NCBI GenBank assembly: GCA_963702425.1 | Contig: CAVPCQ010000011.1 | Coordinates: 270,175 to 334,174 of the forward strand | Length of the DNA: 64,000 nucleotides | Direction of reading: 5' to 3' | From: an uncultured Acidobacteriota bacterium | GTDB taxonomy: Bacteria; Acidobacteriota; Polarisedimenticolia; J045 | In this document: positions 52,887 through 64,000 of the stretch, piece after piece | Layout of the letters: every line of letters starts with the position of its first letter | How positions within the stretch are numbered: position 1 is the first letter of the stretch | Translations under genes and position numbers: made by a program | The notes under the pieces: generated by a model | The model's database searches: none | What the model saw: the letters and a program-made list of their open reading frames with translations, nothing else | Told to the model about the DNA's origin: nothing

Positions 52887-54303
52887 GGCATCACCTCGCT
52901 AAGCCCGCGCGCCGCGGCGGCGGAAGATATCGCGGAAGGTGTCCGGTAGCGACGACACCGGCGTCGATTTCCACCTCGGATAACGGATCCGGCCCGTCCT
53001 GAATCTTGTGGTTCAACAGGAAGAGGAACACGACAAGCAGGCTGGTGTACAACACCAGGAACATCACCATGGAGATCGCGACATCGGTCGTCGTGAGGGT
53101 CGGCGATACGGCCAACGTGGTCGGCAGCAGACGATACACGATCCACGGCTGGCGGCCCACCTCGGCGGTCCACCACCCGGCGATGGTCGACACCAGCGTG
53201 AGAAAGACCGTAATCACAAACAACCACAAAGCCCAGCGCAACTCAAAGATTTTGCGTTTCCAGAAAAACAACCCGGCGCCTAACAGCCCGACGAGAATGT
53301 AGAACATCCCCAGGTTGATCATCACATGATAGGCTTGAAAGACCAGGTTAATCGGGGGATATTCGGCCGGTGGAAAAGCATCCAGGCCCGTGACGGTGGC
53401 ATTAAAATCGCGGTAAGCCAGGAAACTCAGCACGCAGGGAATCTTGAGGCCGGTTGTCGTCTGCGCGGCTTCGTCGACCCAGCCAAAGAGATAAATCGGC
53501 GCGCACGATTGGGATTCCCACAGACCTTCCAGAGAGGCAAGTTTCACCGGCTGATAGTTGGTCACGCCCACCGCCTGCTCTGCACCGAAGAAAACGACGT
53601 TCACCATGGAGAACACCACAAAAAACGGCAGCGCCACTTTGAAGTTAGCCTGCGCCAGTTCAACTTCGCGCTTACGCAGCATGTACCACGCGCTGACGCT
53701 CAGCAGCAGCGCCGAGCCGACCGTCCACGAAGCGCCCCAGGTGTGCAGCAAACGTTGAATGAACGAAGGCGTAAAGACCACTTCGAGGAAGTTGGTCATA
53801 TAGGCGCGCGCGGGTGCGGGCAGCGTCTGCACGGTATAACCGGCGGGCGTCTGCATCCACGAATTAGCCATGATGATCCATAGCGCGCTGAAGTGCGCGC
53901 CAAACACAACCATGAACGTAGCGCCCAACCACATGCGCGGCCCCAGACGATTGCCACCAAACAGCATCAGGCCCAGGAAGCCGCCTTCCAGAAAGAAGGC
54001 AAAGACGCCTTCTGCTGCGAGCAGACTGCCAAAGATGTTGCCCACAAAGCGCGAGTAGTTGGCCCAGTTGGTGCCAAACTCAAACTCCATCACCACGCCC
54101 GTCGCAACGCCGATGGCGAAGATCAATCCGTAGACCTTCACCCAGAAGAACGACAGCCGCCGCCATTTAGGATCTTTGGTGCGCACGTAGAGGATGCCGA
54201 TCACGACCAACATCAACCCCAAGCCCATGGAGAGCGGCGGATAGATGAAGTGGAAACTGGCGGTGAGGGCAAACTGGAGACGAGACAACAACTCTGCATT
54301 CAC
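52883..54303 (-). CDS. cydA: cytochrome bd ubiquinol oxidase subunit I (short Q-loop)
   Basis: SRLQFALTASFH, EFEFGTNW, ANSWMQTP, QPVKLASLEG, EVGRQPW. Confidence 0.96.
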
Positions 54304-54454
54304 GCTGAACCTCCTGTGAATGATGTTGTCCCCGCGCCAACATCAAGGTTGACCACTACTGATTTTAGCCAAAAGTAAGCAGAAGTCAAACCGATTGACG
54401 CCGCACCTGTTACGGCTTAGAATGGAAGCAGACATCTCTCGACGGAGGTGAACC

Positions 54455-55045
54455 ATGTCCGTGCCCAAACTCGACGGCAACACCGAACTGATCATCGTGC
54501 AGCACATGCTGCGTGACCTGGAAGAGTACCTGAAGTCCGACGTACTGTACTGGCACGTGGCCGAGCCGAATCCGCTGGGCAGCCACATGCCGCAATTGAC
54601 GATTGGCGCGCTGCTGGAAGCGCTGACCCGCGCCGCCGCTGCGCAGGAAGAATTGACGCCCGGTCAGCGCGAGGAATTGGAAGCGGCCCGCGCCCAGCAC
54701 GATCGGATCCGCGCGGCCCATCCGGCCCTCTACGTCGGCAAGGCCGATCCATGAACTGCACGGCCGCCTCGACGCGTGGAAAGCCGATCTGGACGATTCA
54801 GGCCGCAAGACGAAGGGGCTCTACGCGCAGGATGTTCACGTGCGCGCCAAGATCTATTTGCTGGAGCAGGCGTTGGGCCCAGACGTACCGACCGAACTGC
54901 GGAAACAGCGCGAACAGATCGATCGGGACTGGTTTGAAGTCTTTGTACCGGGCGAGTTTGTGTGGGATCGCGCGCCTGCAGGGCGGCTTTTCCGAAAGAT
55001 CCGTGCTGGTGGCTGTACGGCCATTTGTTGGAAGAACATTATTGA
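54455..55045 (+). CDS. hypothetical protein (frameshifted)
   Basis: GGAGGTG RBS; LEEYLKSDVLYW, PQLTIG, PGEFVWD, WWLYG; TGA overlaps the next ATG. Confidence 0.7.
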
Positions 55046-55532
55046 TGATTGAATTGGTGCGCGCCGCGCCGTCCCACCGATCGCTGTTGCGGCAGCTCTA
55101 CGAGTTGTACTGCCATGATTTCAGCCCGATGACCAGGGCTGACATCGGCCACGATGGGTACTGGACAGGCGACGACTTTCTCGATCCGTGGCCGGACGAT
55201 CTGCACATCTATCTGATCCGCGTCGATCAGACAGTGGGCCGGCTTTGCGTGGGTGGCGATTGGCGGCTACAGCGATCCCAGCGTCGGCCAATTTCCTGAT
55301 GGATGAATTCTTCGTGCTGCGCAAGTACCGGCGGCGCGGCGTCGGCGAATGGGCGGCCGTGTGGCTCTTCAATCAATACCCGGGCACGTGGGAAGTGGGC
55401 GAGATTCCGGCGAACGTTGAAGCGCAGCAGTTCTGGCGCACGATCATCGGCCGGTACACCGACGGGAATTACCGGGAAGTCAGCGTCAACAACGAACGCT
55501 GGCACGGGCCGGTGCAAATCTTTCAGCAGTGA
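55045..55532 (+). CDS. GNAT family N-acetyltransferase (frameshifted)
   Basis: LYELYCHDFS, EFFVLRKYRRRGVG, NVEAQQFWR. Confidence 0.85.
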
Positions 55533-55596
55533 GACCTGACAGCGTACTGGCGGCTCGATACGTCCGGTTGATCGCTGGCAGAAACCTGTCTGGTCT
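55532..55596. repeat. REP-like inverted repeat AGACCTGACAG...CTGTCTGGTCT
   Basis: Arms at 55532-55542 and 55586-55596 match at 10 of 11 positions. Confidence 0.55.
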
Positions 55597-55606
55597 TTTT
55601 CCAACA

Positions 55607-56677
55607 ATGACTTCCACCGCCACCAATTACCTCCTCAACCTCACCAAACTCGCCCGTGGCGATCGCGTGCTCCATCCGCTGATCGCCACGTACTACGTCA
55701 CCACGCAGTGCAACTTCAACTGCGCCTACTGCGAATACTTCGGCGCGCGGCGCAATGCGCAGGCCGAAGAGCCGCTCGATCTCGATCGGGCCTTGCGCGT
55801 GCTCGCAGATCATCCGCACCGGCGTCGATAGCCTGATCCTGACCGGCGGCGAGCCGCTGCTGCATCCCGACATCGATCGACTGATCACGCGCGCGAAGCA
55901 TGAGGTGAAGTTCCGCCATCTCACGCTGCTCACCAACGCCAGCCTGCTGCATGATCACGAAGCGATCCTGCCGTCGTCTGGATCGGCTCGTCATCAGCCT
56001 GGACTCGACCGATCCCGCCCTGTGGAGCGAGATCATCGGCACGGCGCCGGGCGTGGCGCACGACGTGCTGAACAACATCCGCACCTATGCCGCGCGCCAG
56101 CGGGAGTTCGGCTATCAACTCGTCGTCAACTGCGTCATCACGCCGCAGACGCTGCCGCAGGCGCGCACCGTACTGGACTTCTGCGAAGAGCATCGCATCC
56201 TGATCTCCTTCTCGCCGCAGTCAGTCAACAACTGGCCGCATTACGATCTGCTCATGGCGCAAGACGTATCGCGACTTCGTTCAACACCTGATCGATCGCA
56301 AACGCGCGGGCGCGCCCATTCTCGGCAGTCTCGCTTATTTCCGGATGCTGGTCGACTTCACGCCCTACGCGTGCTATCCGCTGCTGGTGCCGCGCGTCAT
56401 GCCCAACGGCGATCTGGTGTATCCCTGCCGCCCGATCGAACTGAGCGGCACCACGCGCGGCGGGCGGCCGTGCAACCTGCTCAACGTGGAGACGTGGAAC
56501 GCGGCCATCGGATCGCGCTGCAAGAATACGACGAGCCGCCGCAGACCTGCACCAGCTGCTTTCAGCAGTGCTTTGCCGAACCATCGCTGCTGCAAGCGCA
56601 GCCCGCTTTCGCTGTTGCGCGAACTGCGCTACGCGGCTTCGCGGCGGGGCGCTGTGTGGACACACGCACCCGGATAA
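55607..56677 (+). CDS. radical SAM enzyme with C-terminal auxiliary Cys motifs (frameshifted)
   Basis: CNFNCAYC, TGGEPLLH, LTNA, ISLDS, C-terminal CYP..PNGDLVYPC and CTSCFQQC. Confidence 0.9.
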
Positions 56678-56680
56678 CGA

Positions 56681-56743
56681 GAGTAACCAGTAATGAGTAA
56701 CCGCAGCGCTTACGCATTACTCGTTACTCATCACTCGTTACGA
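56681..56743. repeat. inverted heptamer arrays (GAGTAAC)n / (GTTACTC)n forming a hairpin
   Basis: GAGTAAC CAGTAAT GAGTAAC ... ATTACTC GTTACTC ATCACTC GTTACGA. Confidence 0.7.
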
Positions 56744-56774
56744 CTTCGAAGGCCATTCCTTTGAGCCAACCATC

Positions 56775-58326
56775 TTGACCACCACTTCCTCCTCCCCTGA
56801 CGTCCTCATCATCGGCGGCGGGCTGGCCGGATTGTCGGCCGCGCTGCATCTGGCCGAGCGCGGCCTGAAGCCGCTGATCCTTGAGGCCGATCCGCAATAC
56901 TGCGGCGGCCGCCTGGCCGGGGGTGACACGATCGAATTTCAGCAGGGCGGCCAGACCTGGCGCTTTCGCCTGGAGCACGGCGTGCACGGCTTCTGGTCGC
57001 CCTATCGCAATCTGCAGGCGATGCTGGCGCGCCACAACTTGCGGCCGGTGTTTGTGCCGGCGCGTGAAGAGGCGTGGATCTACAAACGCCCCAACGGGCG
57101 CATCACGCGCGTGAACGCCGGCAGCCACATTCGCCACAGCCTGTTGCCCGCGCCGCTGCATTACCTCGCCTTGTTTCTGCGTCCGAGTTTTCTGCTGGCG
57201 CTCGGCGTCCACGACTGGCTGACCTTGATCGAGGTGTGGTACAGCCTGGTGCTGGCACTGGGCGTCGATCCACTGCGGGAAGATCAACCGCTGGAAGATC
57301 AGTGGCTCAGCGATCTCGTCGTTCACTGGGGTCCGGGCTGAGCGCTTTCATGATCGGTCTGACGCGCAACGGGCTGTCCGGCACGCCGGCCGAGATTCCC
57401 CTGTCAGGCTATGTGGCGTTCATGCGTTTCTACAGTCTGCTGCGCCGCGACGCGTGGGAGTTCTCCTACCTCCCCGGCGACGGCGGCACGGCCTTGATCG
57501 ATCCGCTGGCGAAGCGGATCGAAGCGCTGGGCGGATCGATCCAGTTGGGCGCGGCAGTCGAGCGGATTGAACGAGTCAACGAGCAATGGATCGCGCACAG
57601 CCCGATCGGTTCGTTCGCCGCCCGATCGATCATCCTGGCGACCGACGCCCAGCACGCGCGAGCGATCCTGTGCGCGAGCGCAGACACGCGCGGCATCGCA
57701 GAGACGCTGCATTTCCCGCGCAGTCTGCCCACGGCGATTTTGCGCTTCTGGTATGACGCGCAGCCGGAATCGAAGGTGGAGGCGGGCATTCTCACCGGCG
57801 AGGTGATCGTCGACAACTATTTCTGGCTGCACCGCCTGCAGGATCAGTACGCCCGGTGGGCCAAAGCCACGGGCGGCAGCGCCATCGAGGCGCACATCTA
57901 TGGCCCGCCGGAACTGCTGGAAAAACCCGACGCAATGCTGCTGGCGCGCGCGGCCAACGATGTGCAGAGCGCCTTTCCCGAACTGCGCGGCCATCTCATT
58001 CATCAGCATTTGCAGCGCAACGCGCCGCTTCACACCCTGTTTGGCCTGGCCGCGCCGAGCAGCACCTCACCACCGTCACGCCGTGGCCCGAAGTGTACTG
58101 CTGCGGCGATTGGGTGCGCCGGCCCGAGCCGGCCTTCTTCCTGGAACGCGCCTGTTTGACCGGCATCGCCGCCGCGAACGCCGTGCTGCAAGCGCGCGGG
58201 CTTCAACCGTGGGCGCTGCTCGATTATCCGCAGCCGGAGGCGTTTGCCGGTTGGCTGGAGAAGTTGATGCACCGCGGCCGAAGAATATTACGGAAAAGAA
58301 AATCTGTTAACCACCCACCACCATGA
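56775..58326 (+). CDS. FAD-dependent oxidoreductase, carotenoid desaturase/CrtU-like (frameshifted)
   Basis: IIGGGLAGLSAA, GGRLAG, EHGVHGFWSPYRNL, WAKATGGSAIEAHIY, CGDWVR..FFLERACLTGIAAAN. Confidence 0.8.
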
Positions 58327-58359
58327 TCATCATGGAGAAACCCGGTTTCTTCTTGTGGA

Positions 58360-59568
58360 TCATTTCTTCATCCGCCGCCGATAAGCCGTTGCCAATCCGC
58401 CGTTGGACGTTTCACGATACAACGACGGCAAAGCGTTGCCCGTCTCCCACAATACCGTGACCACATCGTCGAACGGAATGCGATGCGTGCCGTCAGTGTA
58501 CAACGCATACTCGGCGCAGTCAGCGCGCGCGACGCCGCGAAGGCATTGCGCTCGATGCACGGAATCTGCACCAGCCCCGCCACCGGATCGCATGTCAGAC
58601 CCAGGTGATGCTCCAGCGCCATCGCCGCGGCGTATTCCACCTGCCGCACCGTGCCGCCCAGCAGTTGCGTCAAACCGCCCGCGGCCATCGCGCAGGCCGT
58701 GCCGACTTCGCCCTGGCAACCCACCTGCGCCCCGGAGATCGACGCGTTGTGCTTCACCAGATTGCCGATGTAACCCGCCGTCGCCAACGCGCGCAGCATG
58801 GAATCTTCCGAGCAGTGAAACGTTTCCTGCACATAGCGAAACGCCGCCGGCAGCGTGCCGCTCGATCCGCAGGTGGGCGCAGTGACCACTTGCCCGCCCG
58901 CTGCATTCTCTTCATTCACCGCCAGCGCATACGCCGAGATCAAGCCCAGGCGTTGTGAAGACGGCCCGGCCATCGTCGCTTTGCGATAGAAGGCCCAGGC
59001 TTTGCGCGGCATGCCCAGGCCGCCGGGCAGTACGCCTTCCGTGTTGAGGCCGCGCTCCATCGCCGCCAGCATGGCGTGCCAGATTTCGCGCAGAAACGGC
59101 CAGATGTCTTGTCCTTCGCACTCCTCCACATACTCCCACACCGCTACGCCATATCGCTTGCAATGCGCCAGCAATGTCGGTAAACGATTGCTTGCTGTAT
59201 ACCTGGCGGACGCGGCGCCGGCACATCTTCGCCGATCGCGCCGCCGCCCAGACTGTACACCTGCCACGGTTCCGAGATCGATCCATCAGCCAAGATCGCT
59301 TCGAACTGCATGCCGTTCGGATGAAGCGGCAGCGTGCTGATCGGGCTGCCAGATGATGTCGCACGGGCGTCGGCATAAACGCGGCCTGCACCGCCCGATC
59401 GGTCAGGTGGCCTTTGCCGGTTGCCGCGAGACTGCCGAATAACGTCACCTGATAACTTGCTGCCGCCGGATAGCGCTGCTTGAAAATCTCGGCCGCTTTG
59501 CGCGGCGCCATCGTGTGACTGCTCGACGGCCCGTAGCCAATCCGATAAAGTTCGCGAATCGATTCCAT
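58360..59568 (-). CDS. sdaA: L-serine ammonia-lyase, iron-sulfur dependent (frameshifted)
   Basis: GYGPSSSHTM, GSLAATGKGH, VTAPTCGS, GCQGEVG, EHHLGLTCDP, VQIPCIERN. Confidence 0.95.
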
Positions 59569-59614
59569 GTTTCAATCTCCCCCTTCCATCAGGAACCGGG
59601 TTTCTCTGTATCAT

Positions 59615-60236
59615 TCAAGACAACCCGCGCTGAATCAACAGGATACCAAAGATCGCCAGCATCCCAATGCTGATCAACAACAGCCGCGCACGATGCGCGG
59701 GCCCAATGCCGCGCCAAATGAAACACGATCGCGATCGCCAACATCCTGCCGATGAACACGCCATACATGCCCACCAGAAACGCGACGCCATACCGCACCG
59801 CTTGATTCAACGCCGCGATCAAAGTCGGCCCGCCGACCAACGTCCAGAACATATACGGATTGGGATTCAGCCAGTTGACGATCGACGCGCGCCACAAGCC
59901 TTTCCACCCGATCGGTTGTGCCTGACGGCCACCTCGGTTTGAATGTCGGTTCCCGCTCCGCCACTGTTTGAACAGACCCCACGCCAGGTACAGCACAAAC
60001 ACGCCGCCGGCGATACTCAGACCAGCACCACATCGGCGGCACGCTGATTCAAGACAACAGCACCGCAATGATGATCGGCGCGTCGGTGATCAACGGCGCC
60101 AGGGTGATGCGCGCCCCGCGCTTGAAGCCGCCCAACAACGTTTCTGAGATCAACAGCGTCTGCAACGAACCGGCGTCGCCGCCGCCGTCAGCCCCGCCGC
60201 GCCCTGCGAAAAAGCGTAAAAACAGGGTAAATCCAC
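59615..60236 (-). CDS. LysE family transporter (frameshifted)
   Basis: GSLQTLLISETL, APLITDAP, VNWLNPNPYMFW. Confidence 0.8.
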
Positions 60237-60325
60237 GCGCCTGGCTCCGCTTCAAAGATGCGCAATCATAACTGCGGATCACGCTTGTGGCAAATGACAC
60301 ACAACAAAACCCCGCGATCTGGCTT

Positions 60326-61029
60326 TCAGCGAAATCGCGGGGGCATCTCCACCTCGCTTTGCTTCTCCACATCCCACCACTTGGATAAGCGCGCCGAGGG
60401 AACGTCCCGGCTGATCGACGTAGTGCGACACGTCGTTGAACACCATCAGCCGCGCCCGCACCGGGTCTTTGAAGTCCAGCACGTTGAGACACGCCGGAGC
60501 CTGATCGAGCCGATCGCGATAGCCGCGCGGATCGAAGCCCAGCAGGCTGCTGATGATCAGGCGAATCGTCGCTTTGTGCGACACGATGGCAACGTTTTCG
60601 TCTTTATGATTCAGCACGACCTCGCGCATGACCGGCAGCGCCCGCGCCATGCACACTCAACCCCGACTCACCTTCCAGCGGCGCATAGATGAACGGGTCT
60701 TCTTCCCACGCCGCATACTCTTCGGGAAATTGCGCTTCCACTTCACTGCGCTGCAACGACTCCCAGCGGCCGTGACTGATCTCGCGCAGGCCATCGCGCA
60801 GGATCGGGGTGAGGCTCTGCGGCCGCGCAACGATCGTCGCCGTTTCGATCGTGCGCTTCATCGGGCTGCAATAAACCGCCGTGATGTGATCGTCCGACAG
60901 GCGCACCGCCAGCGCCTCGGCCTGGCGGCGGCCTTCATCGGAAAGATCAACATCGGTAGCGCCCGCAAAGCGATCTTCGGCGCTAAGAACCGTAGCGCCA
61001 TGCCGGATCAGATAGATACGTGTCGTCAT
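60326..61029 (-). CDS. histidine phosphatase family protein (frameshifted)
   Basis: LIRHG, SPMKRT, LREISHGRWE, GES, IVSH. Confidence 0.9.
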
Positions 61030-61280
61030 GTTGTCACCTCTGTCTGGATCATCATATGGCAGGATTGAATCATGTGGATCAGCGCAAACTGGTGAGACGT
61101 GTGCATTATAGCAAACCTGCCCTTGAAAGACATCCGGCCGTCGCTACACGTCTCTCAGCCACTCTTAGGAAACGGCTAATGCCCGGTTAAACTGCTCAAC
61201 AGTCAATCTTAAGGTCAGCGCAGTACGATTCAATCTGGTATCGCAGGAAGATCAATCATGACATCCATGGAGGATAAAGT

Positions 61281-62948
61281 ATGAAAACTAAGTTGTGGCT
61301 CGTGACGATCATCATGATCGCCGCCTTCGCGTTATCGGCTTGCAGTCCGGCAGCGCTGTCTTCAACCGCTGGCGCGGTACCCGCGGCGCCGGCCAGCAAT
61401 TTGCAGCCGGTCGCGGCGGCGGGGACGGCCCCGTTCCAGAAGCGCCGCGGCGTCATCGGCAACGTCGCCGACCTGGAAGCGACGTTGCAGCAAATCTACG
61501 AGCACGTGAATCCGTCCGTCGTCGCTATTCAGGTGGTAGAGAACAGCGGCAGCGCTACTCCGGCCTGCCCTTTGACAATCAGGGACAAGGCGTGCCGCAA
61601 GCGCAAGCGCTCGGCTCTGGTTTTGTCTGGGACAAAGACGGCCACATCGTGACGAACAATCACGTTGTCGACGGCGCCGAGAAAATCGCGGTCACGTTCT
61701 CAGACGGCACGATCGTTTCCGCTAAGCTCGTCGGCTCTGATCCCGATAGCGATCTGGCCGTGATCAAAGTCGATTATCCGGCCGATCAACTTCAACCGGT
61801 CACAGCTGGCCGATTCGGAGCAGGTGAAGGTCGGGCCAGTTGGCCGTCGCGATCGGCAATCCCTTCGGCCATGAAAACACTATGACCGTGGGCTTTGTCA
61901 GCGCCATCGGGCGTTCGATCCCCGCCGATGGCGGCACGACCGGCGTCTCGTATTCGATCCCCGATGTGATTCAAACCGACGCGCCGATCAATCCCGGCAA
62001 CTCCGGCGGCGTGTTGACCGACGATCAAGGTGATGTGATGGGCGTGACCGCGCAGATCGATTCGCCTGTGCGCGCCTCGGTGGGCATTGGCTTCGTCATT
62101 CCGTCCAGCATCGTCGGCAAGGTCGTGCCGGAATTGATCAAGTCCGGCAAGTTACGAGCATTCGTATCTGGGCATCAGCGGCGGATCGTTGATCCCTGAT
62201 CTGGCGACGGCCATGAATCTGAAGAGCACTCAGCGCGGCGCGCTGATTGGCCAAGTAACGGCGGGCGGCCCAGCCGATAAGGCCGGCCTGCGCGGCAGCG
62301 AAAAGCAAACGACCATCAACGGTGAGAATGTCAACGTGGGCGGTGATGTCATCATCGCCATCGACAATGAACCCGTGAAAGACTTCGACGACATCGTGGC
62401 TTATCTGCCCGCTCGACCGAAGTGGGACAAACCGTCACAGTAACCATCCTGCGCGATGGGCAGCAGCAAGACGTCAAGGTGACCCTGGCCGCGCGGCCCG
62501 CTGTCGCCAGCAAGCGCAGGCTGGATCTGCAAGCGCCCGATTCGCCATCACCGGATTTGCCGCAGGACTGCCGCAGGGTCACCCCGACGTCGCGGGGCAG
62601 CCGTGGTTAGGCATTCAGGGTCTGTCGATTACGTCCGACATCGTGAATGAACTGGGCCTGTCGTCGAATCAAACCGGCGTGCTGGTGGAATCAGTTCGAC
62701 CTGGCAGCCCGGCGGAGCAGGCTGGCTTACAGGGTGGCACGAAGTCGGTGACCATCGGTGGGCAGGAGGTGATGACGGGCGGCGATGTGATCACCGCGAT
62801 CGATGGGCAGACCGTGAGCAGCATGGATGACCTGCTCGCATTCTTGCAACAGAGCAAGGTCGATCAGAAGGTCACACTCACCATCGACCGTAATGGCAAG
62901 TCAATGGAAGTAACCGTCACGCTCGCAGCTCGACCGGCGAATCCGTAA
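61281..62948 (+). CDS. HtrA/DegP-like serine protease lipoprotein with two PDZ domains (frameshifted)
   Basis: Lipobox LSAC, GSGFV, TNNHV, DLAVIK, QTDAPINPGNSGG, two PA(D/E)xAGL..GGDVI PDZ units. Confidence 0.92.
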
Positions 62949-62963
62949 CGAAGCACCTGTAAA

Positions 62964-64000
62964 CCCTTGATTCGCTCATTTTGAAAGCGACTTTTGAATT
63001 ATCGACGAGTCCGGTAAACTCCTCGCTCGAAGCCGACTTAAGCGAGGCGCACAATGTCCGAACCCCGTTGGGATATCGAACCGGAACGAATTGATGAGTT
63101 GCCGCTGGCCTTGGGCCTGCTGGACCGCATGGGCGTGGCGCAGGCCATTGATGCGCACCTGGGGGCCGGGCACGGCAATCGACAGGGCCTGAGCACGGCC
63201 AATTGGCGCAGGGCTTGAGTGCGCGGATCATCACGATGCGGGATCATCGGTTGGCCCCGGTCGAACGCTGGTCGCAGGACGCATCAAGCGGTGTTGAGCC
63301 GCCTGCTGGGGGTATCGGTTGGAGTCAAGGATTTCACCGATGACCGCCTGGCGGACTTGATGTATGCCCTGGGCAGCGCGGAGGCTGAGACGCGCGAAGC
63401 GATCGAGACGACGGTGGGCCAACACCTGGTGCGTGCTTATCACCTGCCGACGGACGTGGGGCGAGCGGATACCACCTCGGTCAGCGTGTATCATGACCGC
63501 GCGGAGGGCGCGGACGGGCTGTTGCAGTTTGGCAAGAGCAAAGACCACCGCCCGGATTTGTGCTAATATGTGCAGGCCCGGGGGACATTGGATTCCGTGG
63601 GGCTCCCGTTGGTCAGCGAGACGTTGGCGGGCAACACCGCCGACCCGCCGGTGTATCTGCCGGTGTGGCGGCGCATGGTCAACATCATCGGGCATGCCGA
63701 TTGGCTGTTTGTCGGTGACAGTAAATTGCACAGTGCCCAGAACATCGCCGAGATCCATCGGGCGGGCGGCTATCTGTTGACGCCCCTGCAAATGACCGGC
63801 CACATGCCGGACCACTTTGCGGCCTGGTGGGCGCAGCGGCCGAAGCGTCTCACGTCGATTACCTTGCCGGATACGAAGGGCCGCCAGCGGCGCGTGGGGC
63901 GCGGCTATGAAGTCAGCCATACCGTGACCTGGCAAGACCCGCAGACGGGCGAAGTCGTCAGTGTGCCCTTGCGCGTGTTCATGGTGCAACGCGATCAATT
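62964..64000 (+). mobile_element. IS1634-family insertion sequence, left part; runs off the window
   Basis: Candidate left end CCCTTGATTCG at 62964 followed by a transposase gene; right end not visible. Confidence 0.7.
63054..64000 (+). pseudogene. IS1634-family DDE transposase with an in-frame stop
   Basis: ERIDELPL, HGNRQGLS, FTDDRL, DTTSVSVY, FGKSKDHRPDL, GNTAD, FVGDSKL; TAA at 63564-63566 plus indels near 63197-63240. Confidence 0.85.

Noticed and set aside
54304-54454. FNR or Rex box upstream of cydA
   Set aside because: Half-sites (TTGAC, GTCAA, ATCAA, TGTGAA) are present but none has canonical spacing.

Overview
The window looks like three joined sequences. (1) 1-~722 is the 3' part of a Wzc/CpsD-type tyrosine kinase gene. 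(2) ~723-~46220 is a very GC-rich segment whose 16S signature points to Acidobacteriota, probably Vicinamibacteria. It carries an M16 peptidase fragment, purB-purF-purM-purN, tyrS, a complete rRNA operon (16S-Ile-Ala-23S-5S), a sodium:solute symporter, a large single-chain PurL, aminotransferase-pckA, a decayed MatC/MatB-like locus fused to an SGNH hydrolase, a tetraheme cytochrome c/4Fe-4S/NrfD module, a CDF transporter, a dynamin-like GTPase, dus, amino-acid catabolism genes, a ROK kinase and mop-modABC. (3) ~46221-64000 is a lower-GC segment that resembles Chloroflexota (inference). It carries an L,D-transpeptidase, a glycoside hydrolase, cydABDC, a GNAT, a radical SAM gene next to a CrtU-like flavoprotein gene, sdaA, LysE, a histidine phosphatase, htrA and a decayed IS1634-family element. 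Many genes, including essential ones, have single-base frameshifts that are most likely sequencing errors, so their coordinates are approximate. No CRISPR array or prophage was seen. The best leads are the radical SAM/CrtU-like pair, a palindromic repeat inside cydC, a hairpin burying the RBS of the molybdate operon, an NrfCD-cytochrome module with no catalytic subunit, and the apparent replacement of purSQL by a large PurL. All assignments come from reading motifs by eye; no database searches were run.
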